64,000 nt of DNA from Mobula hypostoma (GCF_963921235.1 NC_086097.1:104286001-104350000), one strand, 5' to 3'; numbered from the stretch's first letter, positions 35,760 to 49,219 are shown. Notes: generated by a model not told the origin, from the letters alone. Translations and numbers: made by a program.

Positions 35760-36544
35760 CTATGCTTTGTCTTTAAATAAATACTTGAGGCATGATCTCC
35801 ACTGCACAAAAGTATTTTCCGTGACTTATGAGATCCGGTCTTTCCAGGTGAACATAAATCCCGTCCATCTAAATCTTGTCCAATGACTTCCAAATTTTAA
35901 AAAAATCTCAAAAACTATGAACCAATGACAATGAACCAAAAGTATTTCGCAATCGGTCAACTAGATGTTCAGTTTTCAGTGGCGAATGGACTTGAACTTT
36001 GCTGTTGCTGTCATCTACATGTTGCATACAGTTTTGTCCGTGATAATGTATCTGATTCTGATTCAGTCTGCTGTGAAATTTTCAGTTGCAAAGCTAATAT
36101 AATTAAATAATTTTCCATCTTAATGAAATAGACACTTCAGGAATTAATTTGAAAGAGAATGCATGCTGAAATTTTGATTTGCTTCAGATGAAAGATGTGC
36201 TTCATCTGAAGGCTGCACTGTGGATAAATCTGCTGTGTGGTGCAGTACAACATACAGTTGAGAACTGCCCTACTTTAATCTCTTGTCCTTTCCTAGCTGA
36301 TTTCTACCTATTCCCTGAAAAAAAAATCTACAAACAAAAGATCTTCGGCCAGAGGCTTTTGTTGGCCACTTTTCTTGATTGATAGTGATGTCCATGCAGC
36401 TGAGCAAGGAGTTAATTTTACTTATCTGTACCTAGATAGTAGGAGAACTAGTATGTTGGGAAATGATGCTGACTGTCTTTGATAACAGTTCTATATGAAA
36501 TCAAGTCCCTGGTGTTATGCTAATGATTTTATAATGTTTCGCAG

Positions 36545-36749
36545 GGTGAGCGATTAAGTCATGCTGTGGGCTGTGCTTTTGCAGCGTGTTTGGAAAGGAA
36601 GCAGAAACGTGAGAAGGAATGTAATGTTACTGCCACTTTCGATGCCAATCGAACCACCTTCACCAGGGAAGGTTCCTTCCGAGTAATCTCAGCCACTGAG
36701 CAAGCAGAGTGTGAAGAAATTATGAGACAGATACAGGACACCAAGAAAG
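36545..36749 (+). CDS. NUMB: NUMB-family coding exon, PTB C-terminal helix and following region (205 nt, phase 0/1)
   Basis: TTTCGCAG acceptor; encodes [74 protein letters not shown] donor at 36750; in frame with the 27879-28019 exon. Confidence 0.94.
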
Positions 36750-37419
36750 GTAAAGAAGCAACATAACGAGATGAAGGGAGGAGGAACGATAGGTTCTTGA
36801 AAAAGGAGTAATTCTTCCACCAGCTAGAACAATGTTATGCTTAATGATAACTTGTAGACAAGAGGAACGTACTACAACAAACACAAAAGTATATGATAAC
36901 ACAGCTATATCTATGCCAGCTCATAGAAAGAACTTCCGAGTTTCTAACATGACCCAAATATGGTCTGAAGTATTTCTCCCATTCCCTTATGAAGATGATT
37001 CCAGAATGGAAAATGTGTAACAAGCTACTTCAACCCTCTAATTGTGCTACTCTTTTCCTTTTGACTTGGAAGGTTTGTCTGATTGTTTCTCATTAGCCTA
37101 CTTTTATTTTTTGAATTTTCCATCTCTTTCAATGCATTGATTCTCTTTACTGAATTCTGAAAGTATTTTAACTATAATTGGATCACAACTCGTGGGGATT
37201 TTGTGTGTTAAAGCTGCTGTACACAGTGTGTATATATTCTATTCATTAGCCATTGTTCCTGTAATTTCTCAGTCTAACATAGCCAATTCGTTCTCTGACT
37301 GTCAGAGTTGGCATTTTAGGATCCTGGCTTCAGTTTGAAATGAATCACATTCAGTTCTATCATTTTGAAATTGCTCTTCACTGAAGAGTCCTTAACTACA
37401 GCATTATTAATTAGTAAAG

Positions 37420-38480
37420 TCATAGAGCACTAAGGCACAGAAAAAGGGCCCTTCTGCCCATCTTGTCTGTGCTGAACTGTTATTCTACCTTGTCCCATCG
37501 ACCGACACTGACCACACCCTTCTAGAGCCCTCCCGTCTATGTATTATTCCAAACTTCTCACTTCCTGTTGTTCCACGCTCACACCGCCCTGAGCGAAGAA
37601 GTTCTCCCTCAGGTTTCTCTTAAATATTTTGCCTTCCATTCTTAACCTTTGACCTCCAGATCTAGTTTCACCTAAACTCATTGGAAATAGCCTGCTTGCA
37701 TTAACCCTACCTATACTTATAATTTTGAATACCTCCAAATCTCCCACATTCTCCCACGCTCCATGGAATATGCCCAACTTTTCCCTATTACTTGGATGCT
37801 CAACTTTTCTTTTCCGCACTCTTTCAGTCTTACTGATAGCATTCCCGAATGTAATTGTCCAGAACTGCACAGAACACTCCAAATTTGGTCTCACCAATGT
37901 CTTGTACAACTTCAACATAACATCCCAACTCCTGTAACAATATTTTGATTTATGAAGGCCAATGTGACAAGAACACTCTTTATGACCCTATATTTCTGTG
38001 ATGTCACTTTCAAGGAATTGTGGATCAGTACACCAATTCCCTCTTCTACCATATTCCTCAGTACCCGGCTGTTCTACCATATTCCTCAGTACCCTACTGT
38101 TCACTGTGAAATTCCTCTTCTGGTTTGTCCTCCCAAAGTTAACACCTCTCACTTGTCTGCATTAAATTCCATATGGCATTTTCAAGCTGGTGCAGATCCC
38201 GCTGCAAGCTTTGATATTTTTCCCAATCTTGTCATCATCTGCAAATCTGCAGATCCAGTTTACCACATTATCATCCAGATCGTTGTTGATATAGATGACA
38301 AACGACAATGAAGCCAGCACCGATCCCTGTGGCACACCACTAGTCACAGGCCTCCTGGTGGAGAGGCAACTATCTGCTACCACTCTGTGGCTTCTCCCGT
38401 GAAGCCAAAGTTGAATCCAATTTACTCTCTCATCCTGAATGCTAAGTGACTGAAACTTCTTGACCAGCTTCGGATGCAGG
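37420..38480 (-). mobile_element. Degraded CR1 3' half
   Basis: VTSGVPQGSVL..RFADDDK and LKLYKTLVRPNLECSVQFW. Confidence 0.8.
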
Positions 38481-38572
38481 ACTTTCAGTAAAGTCCCTTC
38501 AGTTACTAATCTTTTCTCAACACACAAAACTTCATCTACTATAGCTTATTCCATAGTTCATTACTCAATTAA

Positions 38573-39237
38573 GGGAGGAGAAGATGGCACGACGGCAGCG
38601 CGCGCGGCCTCTCCGGTGATGAATATCTGTTATCTGTCAAGTAGGGGACTGTGCACAATTCTGATTTGATGGAGACGGATGTGAGAGTACGGAGGAACAT
38701 CTGGAAAACTTTGAAATGCCCGTTTCGCTGCTGCTCCTACCGTGTGGTAATCGGAATCTCTGGAGCTGAAGGCCCTGAAATCCTCGGCTTTGCTTGTTTC
38801 AGCGGCCGGGGCGAGGTCGAAGGCACTTGGCAGAGGATGGCGCTTGGGAGACTGTATCGGAGGGGCTGGTTGGAGGCTCGAAGTTTTCGGACAGATGGAC
38901 TCAGTGTCGGCTATAGTCGGCTGCTTCCAAGGCATCGGCAAGTTGACGGTGCCTGGAGGTTTATGGCAGGGAGTTTCTCCCTTTTTGCTGCCTGCTATTG
39001 GGGCCTCGGGGACTTTGAGACTATTTTTACCGTGCCATGGTTTGTTCTTCATCAAATTATGGTATTGCTTTGCACTGCTGTAAATATATGTTATAATTAT
39101 GTGGTTCTGTCAGTGTTAGTCTTTGTTTTGTCCTGTTTTCTGTGATAGCACTCCAGAGAAACATTGTATCATTTCTTAATGCATGTGTGCATTTCTAAAT
39201 GACAATAAAAGAGGACTGAGTGTTCTCATAATCTAAT
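38573..39237 (+). mobile_element. Non-autonomous ~660-bp retroelement with an AAGATGGC head
   Basis: Starts GGGAGGAGAAGATGGCAC; ends ..AATGACAATAAAAGAGGACTGAGTGTTCTCATAATCTAA; homologous to 52867-53524 and 55853-56464. Confidence 0.8.
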
Positions 39238-40119
39238 TACTGACTGAGAAAGTTATTTGTATACACAATAGCAATGTGGCAGGAAAATTTATAAATTGTT
39301 TTACCCAATCTATATGCAGAGTACTTTCCCAAACCACCTAACTCGCACCCCCCCCCCCCAAATGCACATGCACACAGTTAAAGTCTAGTATATTGTCCTA
39401 TGGACAATATACATATATATTGGTGGAATGATTAATTTACTTGCAGGAGCATCACAGGCACATAGCATCAGATAAGCAGCATTCACAAGAAAAACAAATT
39501 AGCATAAATTATACACAGCTTTCATGAGAAAACACAATTAGATTTTAAAAAGTCTATTTTAGTGCAAAGTGATCAAGGTGTTGCTAAACTGTTGTGATTA
39601 GAGTTTTGATGGTTGGTTTACACCTGATTTAGTGTTACCCTTGGTTAACTAATCCCACATTACCACAACAATTTGCATCTCACAATACTGTTTTTTGGCT
39701 TTACTCAAGCCTATTATATTTTACTGATTTCCCAACTGCGTTACACTAAAGGCCTTCACGAAATAATAGGTACCTGTCAATATCCCAGAAAAAGAGGTCG
39801 AAAGAAAAGGATAAAAATAAAGGCATTTTAAAAAGGAGGTCTGTTTTTCGAAAAGTAATTTCTGGATGGGTTGCACGTTTTCAAATCTCTTTGTGATTTA
39901 GCATTTACCTGAAACTTCACATTTTGACTGAGTGAAATGGGGGTTTGGATGACAGCTTGTAGCCCATAGAAATACACTTGTATAATAACTCGAAAAGGGA
40001 AACATTGGTGGTGGAAAACAAAAATAACACTTTGGAAAATTACTCAGCAGATTTTTAAAAAAAGAGTCCATATTCTTCTTTAAGGACATATATGCTGGAT
40101 TAACTGAAGTTCCCTAATA

Positions 40120-42505
40120 AATTATCTTGAAGATTCTAGATTGTTTAATGTCATTTTCAGTACACAAGTATATAGGAGAATGAAATAATTGTTACTCCAG
40201 ATCTGATGCAGCATGAAAAAAATCAAAATAAGATAAAAACACAATAATAATAATAATAATAATAATAAAACACATAGGATAGCTTTTATACATTGGTAAG
40301 TGACATCAGGCACTGGAATATCTGTACATAAGGAAACTCTGACAGGAAATTATAAAGTAATGGTGGGTGGAGGTGTGGTGAGGTAAGTTTGTGGGTAGAG
40401 GTGTTGATCACCTTGACTGCTTGGGGAAAATGACTGTTTTTGAATCTGGTTGTGCTGGCATGGATGCTACGTCACTTATGTTCTGGTGGGAATGGGACAA
40501 ACAGTCCATGAGCAGGGTAGGTGGTGTCCTTCATGATGTGACTGGCCCTTTTCTGGCAGCTTTCTGTATATATGTCCTTGATGGCATGTAGGCTGATGCC
40601 AGTGATGTATTGGGCAGTTTTCATGACCCATCCTGCCCGCTGTAGTGCAGTTTCTGTACCATGCTTGTTAGGATGCTCTCTACTACACATCTATAGGATG
40701 ACATGAGTGTTGATGTGCATCGGCTAGCTCTCTTCAGCCTCCTCAGGAGGAAGTGGTGTTGGTGAGTTTTCTTGATTGTGTGACTATATTATGGGGCCAT
40801 GAGACATTGTGGATTGTGCACTCCCAGGAGTTTGATTCTGCTTACAGTTTCCACTGCTGTGCTGGTGAAGTAAAGAAGGGTGTGAGTAGTACGAGTTCTC
40901 TTGAAGTCGATAAACATCTTCTTTGTTTTGTTGATATTGAGGAAGAGGTTATTTGCTTGGCACTAGGCTTTGAGCTTTTCCACCTCTTCTGAGGCCACCT
41001 AATCGTTGGTGATGATCCCCACCACTGTCGTGTCAGTAGTGAACTTGACAATGTGATTACTTGGGTGTTTGGTTGTGCAGTTATATGTGAGCAGTGTATA
41101 ACAACGGGTTCAGCACACAGCCCTGGAGTGCATCCTGACTATCTGAAGTCTGTTGATTGGGAAGTCCAACACCCAGTTGCACAGTGATATATTTAGAGTA
41201 TGGAGTGGGAGTTTGTTCACCAAGGACTGTGGGATAATAGTGCTGAATGCCAAACTGAAATCCAGAACCAGCATTCTGGCACAAGTGCCCTCATTTACCA
41301 GGTGTGTCAGGGCCAGACATCTGTCGTAGAGTAGTTCTGTTGGTATGTTTGTTCATATTGGTGAGTGCCCAGTACGGCAGGAATGGAGTTTTTGATATAT
41401 GCCATTACCAGCAATTCAAAACACTTCATGATGATTGGTGTCAGTGCCACTGGGCAGTAGTCGTTTAGTTCTGAAAGTGTAGAGTTCTTTGGTATAGGGA
41501 TGATGGTGGCTGCTTTGAAGCATGTGGGGACAGCAGCCTAGATGAGTGAAATGTTGATAATGTCTGTGAAGACATCAGTGAGCTGGTGTGCACACACACT
41601 GCATATTTAGCCTGGGATGTTGTCAGACCTGCTGCCTTATGGTGATTGACTTTACAGAGTCCTTCCCATGTCTGCTGCTGTTACAGATGGTGGCCCCTCA
41701 CCTGGGAGTTGGGTAGCTTTCATGGTTGGTGTTGTGTTGCATGCCCCCCGAGCGTGCGTAAAAGTTGTTTAGAGCGTCAGGGACAGAGACAGCACTGTTT
41801 TTCCATTTATAGTCGGTAATGCCCTCGATGCACTGGTCACATATGCCAAGGATCATTATCAGACGGATGTTGCTGAATTTTTTAAGCATAGGTGGTCTTA
41901 GCCCTCTTGATGCATAAGGTGAAGTTTCTCCTGGCTGCTCGGAGAGCTGTTTTGCCATCAGGCTTGAAGCAGCATCCTGGACATTTGGTAGGGAGTGCAT
42001 TGAGCCCAGGCTTATGGTTGGCTTGCAAGATGACTGTCCTTGAGATACCATCATCGTCTACATACTTACTGATGTAGTTGATAACAGATGAAGCATATTC
42101 CTTGATGTCTGTGTCTTCTCCTTTTGTAGCAGCCTCTTTAAGCATCTGTCAGATAGTCTGTTCAAAACAATCCTGAAGCATGGAGGTTCTGAGCACTTCT
42201 TTGTCAATTAATGCATAACATCTAACTCCTGAAGAGTCCTTTGAAATACCACATAATACCTTGAGAGCAGTAATGAACCCTGCAGAATTGTAGAGATGAT
42301 GACTGGATGGATATGAAATTGCAAAATGGAATCAGAGAATGGTGGTCAAAACAAGTATGCAATGATGCATCCATATCCAGCACGGTTTTTCCTTTCAAAG
42401 TCGGTAATACCTTCGATGCCCAGTCACATATGCCAAGGATCATTATCGGACAGGTGTTGCTGAATTTTTTGAGCATAGGCGGTCCTAGCCTTCTTGATGC
42501 ACGTG
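40120..42505 (-). mobile_element. Degraded Rex1/L2-like LINE with (TAA)n at about 40242-40268 and an internally duplicated segment
   Basis: [43 protein letters not shown]; 41810-41915 is repeated at 42398-42502. Confidence 0.7.
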
Positions 42506-42567
42506 AGGGAATAGAACCAATCAAGTGTGACAGTGGAAATGTTTGTATGGAACCGGAGGAGATAGCA

Positions 42568-44585
42568 TAAGAACATAAGAAATAGGAGCAGGAGTAGGCC
42601 ATCCAGCCCACCGAGCCTGCCCTGCCATTCAATAAGATCATGGCTGGTCTGTCCATAAACTCAGCATCATCTATCTGCCTTTTCCCCATAACCCTTAATG
42701 AAAGCCAACATTCCATTTGCCTTCTTAATAACCTGTTGTACCTGCAAGCCAACTTTTCGTGATTCATGAACAAGTACTCCTGAGTCCCTCTGCACAACAG
42801 CATGCTGCAATCTTTTACCATTTAAATAATAATCTGCTCTTCTATTATTCCTTCCAAAGTGGATGATCTCGCATTTACCAGCGTTGTATTCCATCTGCCA
42901 GACCTTGGCCCACTCACTTAACCTATCTATATCCCTCTGCAGACTCTCCACATCCTCTGTACAATTTGCTTTTCCACTCAGTTTAATGTCATCAAATTTT
43001 GCTACACTACACTCAGTCCCCTCTTCCAAATAATCAATGTAAATGATAAACAGCTGCGGGCCCGGTACTGACCCCTGTGGCACCCCACTCACCACCGACT
43101 GTCAACCGGAGAAACACCATTATACCAACTCTCTGCCTTCTATTGGTTAACCAATCCATTATCCATGCCAATACACTTCCTCCGACTCCATGCATCTGTA
43201 TCTTATTTATAAGTCTCTTGTGTGGCACCTTATCGAATTCTTTCTGGAAATCCAAGTATACAACATCCACCTGTTCCCCTCTATCCACTGCACTCATTAT
43301 GTCCTCAAAGAACTCCAGTAAGTTTGTCAAACAGGACCTGCCCTTTCTGAATCCATGCTGCGTCTGTCTAATGGAACCACTCCTTTCTAAATGTTTTGCT
43401 ATTTCTTCCTTAATGACAGCTTCAAGCATTTTCCTGACTACAGATGTTAAGCTAACTGGCCAATAGTTGCTTGTCTTTTGCCTACTTCCTTCCTCCGCCA
43501 ATTCCCTCAGCACCCTGGGATGCATCCCATCAGGACCAGGGGACCTGGACATTCAGGCCCTCTAGTTTGCTCATCACTATCTCTTTAGTGACAGTGATTT
43601 TTATCTAGGTCCTCACCTCCCATTTCATCCATAACATCCTTCTTTGGCATATTAGACGTGTCTTCCACCATAAAGACTGACACAATGCCTCAGCCATTTC
43701 CTTCTCACCCAATATCAATTTCCCCTTCTCGTCTTCTAGGGGACCTACGTTGACTTCAGCCACCCTCTTCCGCTTTATATAATTATAAAAGCTTTTGCTG
43801 TCTGTTTTTATATTTTGTGCTAATTTACTTTCATACTCTATCTTCCCTTTCCTTATTTCTTGTTTAGTTGTTCTCTGTTGCTTTTTAAAGTTTGTCCAGT
43901 CCTCCAGTCTCTCACTACTCTTTGCAACTTTGTACACATGGTCTTTTATTTTGATGCTTCTTTTATTTCCTTAGTTTTCCAAGGCTGGCTCTCCCCATAC
44001 TTACTCTCCTTACTTTTGATTGGAATATACTTTTGTTGAGCATTGTGAAAAATCTCTTTGAAAGTGTTCCATTGTTCCTCAGCTGTCCTTCCAAATAGCC
44101 TGTGCTCCCAATCCAAATTAGCCAACTCCTCTCTCATCCTGTTGTAGTCTCCCTTGTTCAAGCATAATACACTAGTTTTAGATCTATTTCATCCTCAATC
44201 TGTATGCGAAATTCAATCATACTATGATCACTCTTTCCAAGAGAATCCCTGACTACAAAATCGTTAATCTTACCTGTCTCATTACACAGGACTAGATCTA
44301 AGATAGCATTTTAACTTGTAGGTTCAGTAACATGCTGCTCAAGAAACCTATCACGGATGCATTCCTCAAGACTTCCTTGACCAACCTGATTCACCCAATC
44401 TATGTGGAAGTTAAAATCCCCCATAACAACTGCCGTTCCATTCTTACAAGCCTCTGCCACTGCAATATATTTATTAGGTGGCCTACAGACAACTCCACCA
44501 GCGATTTTTTTTTCCCCCTTTACTATTCTTAATCTCTATCCAGATGGACTCAACATTCTGTTCTGGAGATCTTATATTGTTTCTC
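42568..44585 (-). mobile_element. Internally deleted CR1 copy
   Basis: Tail ATAAGAACATAAGAA at 42567; RT motifs QHGFRKGRSCLTNL and GVPQGSV; same subfamily as 62065-64000. Confidence 0.9.
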
Positions 44586-45897
44586 ACAGATGTACTTAAT
44601 GAATACTTTGCTTCAGTATTCACTATGGAAAAGGATCTTGGAGATTGTAGGGATGACTTACAGTGGACTGAAAAGCTTGAGCATGTAGATATTAAGAAAG
44701 AGGATGTGCTGGAGCTTTTGGAAAGCATCAAGTTGGATAAGCCACTGGGACCAGACGAGATGTACCCCAGGCTACTGTGGGAGGCGAGAGAGGAGATTGC
44801 TGAGCCTCTGGTGATGATCTTTGCATCATCAATGGGGATGGGCGAGGTTCCGGAGGATTGGAAGGTTGCAGATGTTCCCTTATTCAAGAAAGGGAGTAGA
44901 GATAGCCGAGGAAATTATAGACCAGTGAGTCTTACTTCAGTGGTTGGTAAGTTGATGGAGAAGATCCTGAGAGGCAGGATTTATGAGCATTTGGAGAGGC
45001 ATAATGTGATTAGGAATAGTCAGCATGGCTTTGTCAAAGGCAGGTCATGCCTTACGAGCCTGTTTGAATTTTTTGAGGATGTGACTAAACACATTGATGA
45101 AGATAGAGCTGTAGATGTATGGATTTCAGGAAGGCATTAGACAAGGTACTTGATGCAAGGCTTATTGAGAAAGTAAGGAGGCATGGGATCCAAGGGGACA
45201 TTGCTTTGTGGATCCAGAATTGGCTTGCTCACGAAAGGCAAAGAGTGGTTGTAGATGGGTCATATTCTGCATGGAGGTCGGTGACCAGTGGTGTGATTTT
45301 TATAAATGACCTGGATGAGGAAGTGGGGGGATGGGTTAGTAAATTTGCTGATGACACAAAGGTTGGGGGTGTTGTGGATAGTGTGGAGGGCTGTCAGAGG
45401 TTACAGCGGGACATTGATGGGATGCAAAACTGGACTGAGAAGTGGCAGATGGAGTTCAACCCAGATAAGTGTGAGGTGGTTCATTTTGGTAGGTCAAATA
45501 TGATGGCAGGATATAGTGCTAATAGTAAGACTCTTGGCAGCGTGGAGGATCAGAGGGATCTTGGGGTCCAAATCCATAGGACACGCAAAGCTGCTGCGCA
45601 GGTTGACTCTGAGGTTAAGAAAGCATATGGTGCATTGGGCCTTCATCAGTCGTGGGATTGAGTTTAGGAGCCGAGAGGTAGTGTTGCAGCTATATAATAC
45701 CCTGGTCAGACCCCACTTGGAGTACTGTGTTCATTTCTGGTCACCTCACTACAGGAAGTTGTAACCCATATGTAAGGGGTTTCTTCTTTTATGTTACTGC
45801 GTATGTTAATCAAAATAGCTTCTTTGTTATGTTAATCTTTTATGTTACTGCATATGTTAATTAAAATGGCCTCTTTGTTATGTTAAATGCTGATTGA

Positions 45898-46881
45898 GGC
45901 TATGTCCACAGTACTCCGGATAATTTTGAAAACGCAGGTTTCGAGTGAAAATGACAGGCGTCCACACTAAGCGTTTTTCAAAATATCTCTGTCCACATTA
46001 GACAGATATTTGGGCGAATCTCCTCCTGCTGGGCATGCACAGGACACACAGAAAACAAGTGAAGAGGAAATGGTATACTTAGTGCGCGTTTGTCCAGTTA
46101 TAGAGTAGAAAAACTTGAAATGAATTGCTCTTGGATCTCGCGCAGGAGGACTTAAAACTAAAAAAAACAAATACTGGAGCGTATGGAGGCGACCGACAGG
46201 GAATTCATGGACATTATGACCCGGCTGATGACGAACATTGAAAAACTGACTAACTCTGTTGCATTAATAAAGCACCTTGTTAAATGTATAAAACATGACT
46301 GCATCAGTGTTATCTTGTATTTCCATACAATGTTACATTAGGCTGTTACACATCTGTTGTCAGAGAAGTACTTCCGTAAATAGGCAAACCACCTTCATAC
46401 AAGCAAGGACAGAAAACAGGGCAAAGTGAGTATACTTATTTATTCAGTATTCAGTAAGTTATGGGTCAAAGTATTTGGTGAGTACATTTCTAACTCTTCT
46501 GGCTTCAGTCTCGTTGCCGTCTGTTCTGAAATTGTTAGGTCATGTGGGGAGTCGCGTTCAAGAAAACAATGAAATGCCGCGCTGCCGCTGTCTGTTCCAG
46601 CACGTCATGACAGCGTTTTTAAATAGTCAAAAAAGCTCACTTTACAATTTTAACTCTCATGCCATTCACACCGACTGCGCGTTATAACAGTCGTACACAG
46701 TACCGAGCAGAAGCAGAAAAAGCATTGTTGTTGTGGTGTTGTCATGACAGCGTTTTTAAATCTCTCCGGTTACCCCGTACAGACTACAACGGATATTAGG
46801 CGTTTTCAGATTTATTCACTCTGGAGACCGTTTCTGAAAATCTTTGTTTTCAAAATTATCTGGCGTAGTGTGGACGTAGCC
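45898..46881. mobile_element. Non-autonomous PIF/Harbinger-like DNA transposon
   Basis: 36-bp TIRs: GGCTATGTCCACAGTACTCCGGATAATTTTGAAAAC and, reverse-complemented, GGCTACGTCCACACTACGCCAGATAATTTTGAAAAC (4 mismatches); subterminal repeats. Confidence 0.8.
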
Positions 46882-47013
46882 AAAGTCTCTAGCTTGCACT
46901 TTGCTCGAGTTATAATACAGATAGCAGATGTACTATGAGCCAATGGGTGTCCATGTTATTCTTTCTTGGGGTGATATGCTGTCACATATGGCTGGGAACC
47001 GGGGGTTTTGGCG

Positions 47014-47281
47014 GGGAGTCGGAGGGGAGACCGTGAGGACGATGGACTTGCGGGAAAGCTCAGGTTGATCGCTCCGGGCGGGGAGTCGGAGGGGAGACCG
47101 TGAGGACGACGGACCTGCGGGAAAGCTCAGGTTGATCACTCCGGGTGGAGAGTCGGAGGAGAGACCGTGAGGGCGACGGATGTACGGGAAAGCTCAGGTT
47201 GATCACTCCGGGCAGGGAATCGGAGGAGAGACCGTGAGGGCGACGGACTTGCAGGAAAGCTCAGGTTGATCACTTTGGGTG
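47014..47281. repeat. Tandem array, 4 x 67 bp
   Basis: Units start at 47014, 47081, 47148 and 47215: GGGAGTCGGAGGGGAGACCGTGAGGACGACGGACTTGCGGGAAAGCTCAGGTTGATCACTCCGGG.. Confidence 0.95.
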
Positions 47282-48196
47282 GTCCTGAGCTGCGAGTCGA
47301 CGGGGTCCGAGTGGTCCCAAAGAGGTCCCTGAGCTCCAACGTGCGCATGAAGAAATTGAACTTTGATAAGTCTGGCACCTTTTCCATTCCTTTTTTGTAT
47401 TGAACTTCTATTAATCTCACAGACTTAGTAATATCTATAAGGTGTAATTGGTAAAACGTACATTGTGTGCTGGCTAATGATTAATGTTTGAAGCTGAATC
47501 AAGTGGCAGTGGTACAGCAACTGACATAACCAGGAGACAAGATGGGCAACGGACGGGGTTTCCCCAAGATAAATATGAACCAATATAGCTGAGCGTTACA
47601 CATAGAAAGGATGCAGAGGAGATTTACAAGGATGTTGCTTGGATTGGGGAGCATGCCTTATGAGAACAGGTTGAGTGAACTTGGCCTTTTCTCCTTGGAG
47701 TAATGGAGGATGAGAGGTGTATAAAATGATGAGAGGCATTGATCGTGCGGATAGTCAGAGGCTTTTTCTCAGTGCTGAAGTGGCTAGCACAAGAGGGTAC
47801 AGTTTTAAGGTGCTTGGATGTAGCTACAGAGAAGATGTCAGGGGTAAGTTATTTACGCAGAGAGTGGTGAGTGCGTGGAATGGGCTGCCGGCGACAGTGG
47901 TGGAGGCGGATACGATAGGGTCTTTTAAGAGACTCTTGGATAGGTACATTTAACTTTATATAATAAAAAAAAAATAGAGGGCTCCGGGTAACCCTAGGTA
48001 ATTTCTGAGCTGAGGACATGTTCGGCACAGCTTTGTGGGCCGAAGTGCCTGTATTGTGCTGTAGGTTTTCTATGTTTCTATCTATGTGAAGCCCACAGGC
48101 TGCTTTTTGCTATATAATATTGACATAGATTTGGTTTTACAGGACACAATTTCAAAATCCAATTCATATTTATCATCACTAACTTGTATAATAGGA

Positions 48197-48285
48197 GCAA
48201 CACACATCAAAGTTGGCCTGCTGCGTTCACCAGCAACTTTGATGTGTGTTGCTTGAATTTCCAGCATCTGCAGAATTCCTGTTGT
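48197..48285 (+). mobile_element. Miniature Penelope-derived insertion with an inverted 5' part
   Basis: 13-bp TSD TTGTATAATAGGA (48184-48196 and 48286-48298); perfect 20-bp inverted repeat at 48196-48215 and 48234-48253. Confidence 0.85.
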
Positions 48286-49219
48286 TTGTATAATAGGAAG
48301 TGTTTTTTTGCATAAATTAGCAGTGCCGTGTAAAGACAAAATTACCATAAACTGTACATAAATAGTGCAAACTAAAAAACTGGTTTTGTTTGTGGACTGT
48401 TCAGAAATCAGATGGTGGAGGGGAAGAAGTTGTATATGAATTGAATGTGGGTCAGATAATTGAGCATCAAATTCTTGACACAACACTGTACTGAACAGCA
48501 AAGAGTGTTATAACATATATTTTGGACATGTTGGCCTGGATTTTAACCTGTATAGCTTGTGAAAGCCATTGGATAAGAGCAGGGCATAGGCTAACACCTG
48601 CACATTGTAATAGAGAAGATGAAGATGAGCTGGAGATCAGATGCCAACCCATCTCATCCTTATTTCATGGACCCAGCACACACTGTAGGGGAAGTGCTCA
48701 GATATCCTTTGTGAAGGAGCTGAATCAAATCATTGAGATAGGGCTGGTAACTTTGACGTAAAAGGTGAGTGAGAGGTCTTAGCTAATTTACTTAATTTTG
48801 GAATTAATTAGTTGTGGGTTAAGTGATATAGTCAGAGACCTTTAAACACAGTTAAAAAGATTGCTTACAGTTAGAATTTTCAAAAAGCCGTCAGAGTTGG
48901 TAAGGGCAGAGTGTTGTAATTCACTGAAGCCTTGTTGCATTTAGTGGTTAATCAACCGGAGCTGCAAAGTAGAGATCACACGGGAGCCATGATCTTGCCT
49001 AGGCTAGTGATGTGCACAGATACATCATGACAGGCAACATTTAATTCAGAAAAGTGGAAAATGATGAAAGCAAGGACAGGTTACACCTGAACTTATCCTT
49101 GCAGGCAGGTTTGCTAGAGCAGTTGGGGAGTTTAAATTGGTTAGTTTAAACTAATTTGTCAGATGATACAGCAGTTGGTATCCAGTTCGATGCAGTGTAT
49201 ATTGAGACTGTGAGAAAGG

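Larger units (their letters stand above)
45760..47600. mobile_element. Solo LTR with a nested DNA transposon
   Basis: Inverted termini TGTAAC (45760) and GTTACA (47600) interrupt CR1 ORF2; no internal coding sequence; no clear TSD. Confidence 0.75.
42505..48085 (+). mobile_element. CR1 ORF2 and 3' end, split into three pieces (42505-42567, 44586-45758, 47601-48085)
   Basis: EPEEIA|xVLNEYFASVFT joins across the first insertion; WSPHYRK|..IERMQRRFTRML joins across the LTR; tail TTTCTATGTTTCTAT. Confidence 0.88.

Noticed and set aside
39625..40110. AT-rich segment that might be a DNA-transposon remnant
   Set aside because: I could not identify TIRs, a TSD or coding similarity by eye.
47014..47281. 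Possible CRISPR-like array
   Set aside because: The units are contiguous 67-bp tandem copies with no unique spacers, in a eukaryotic LTR context with no cas genes.
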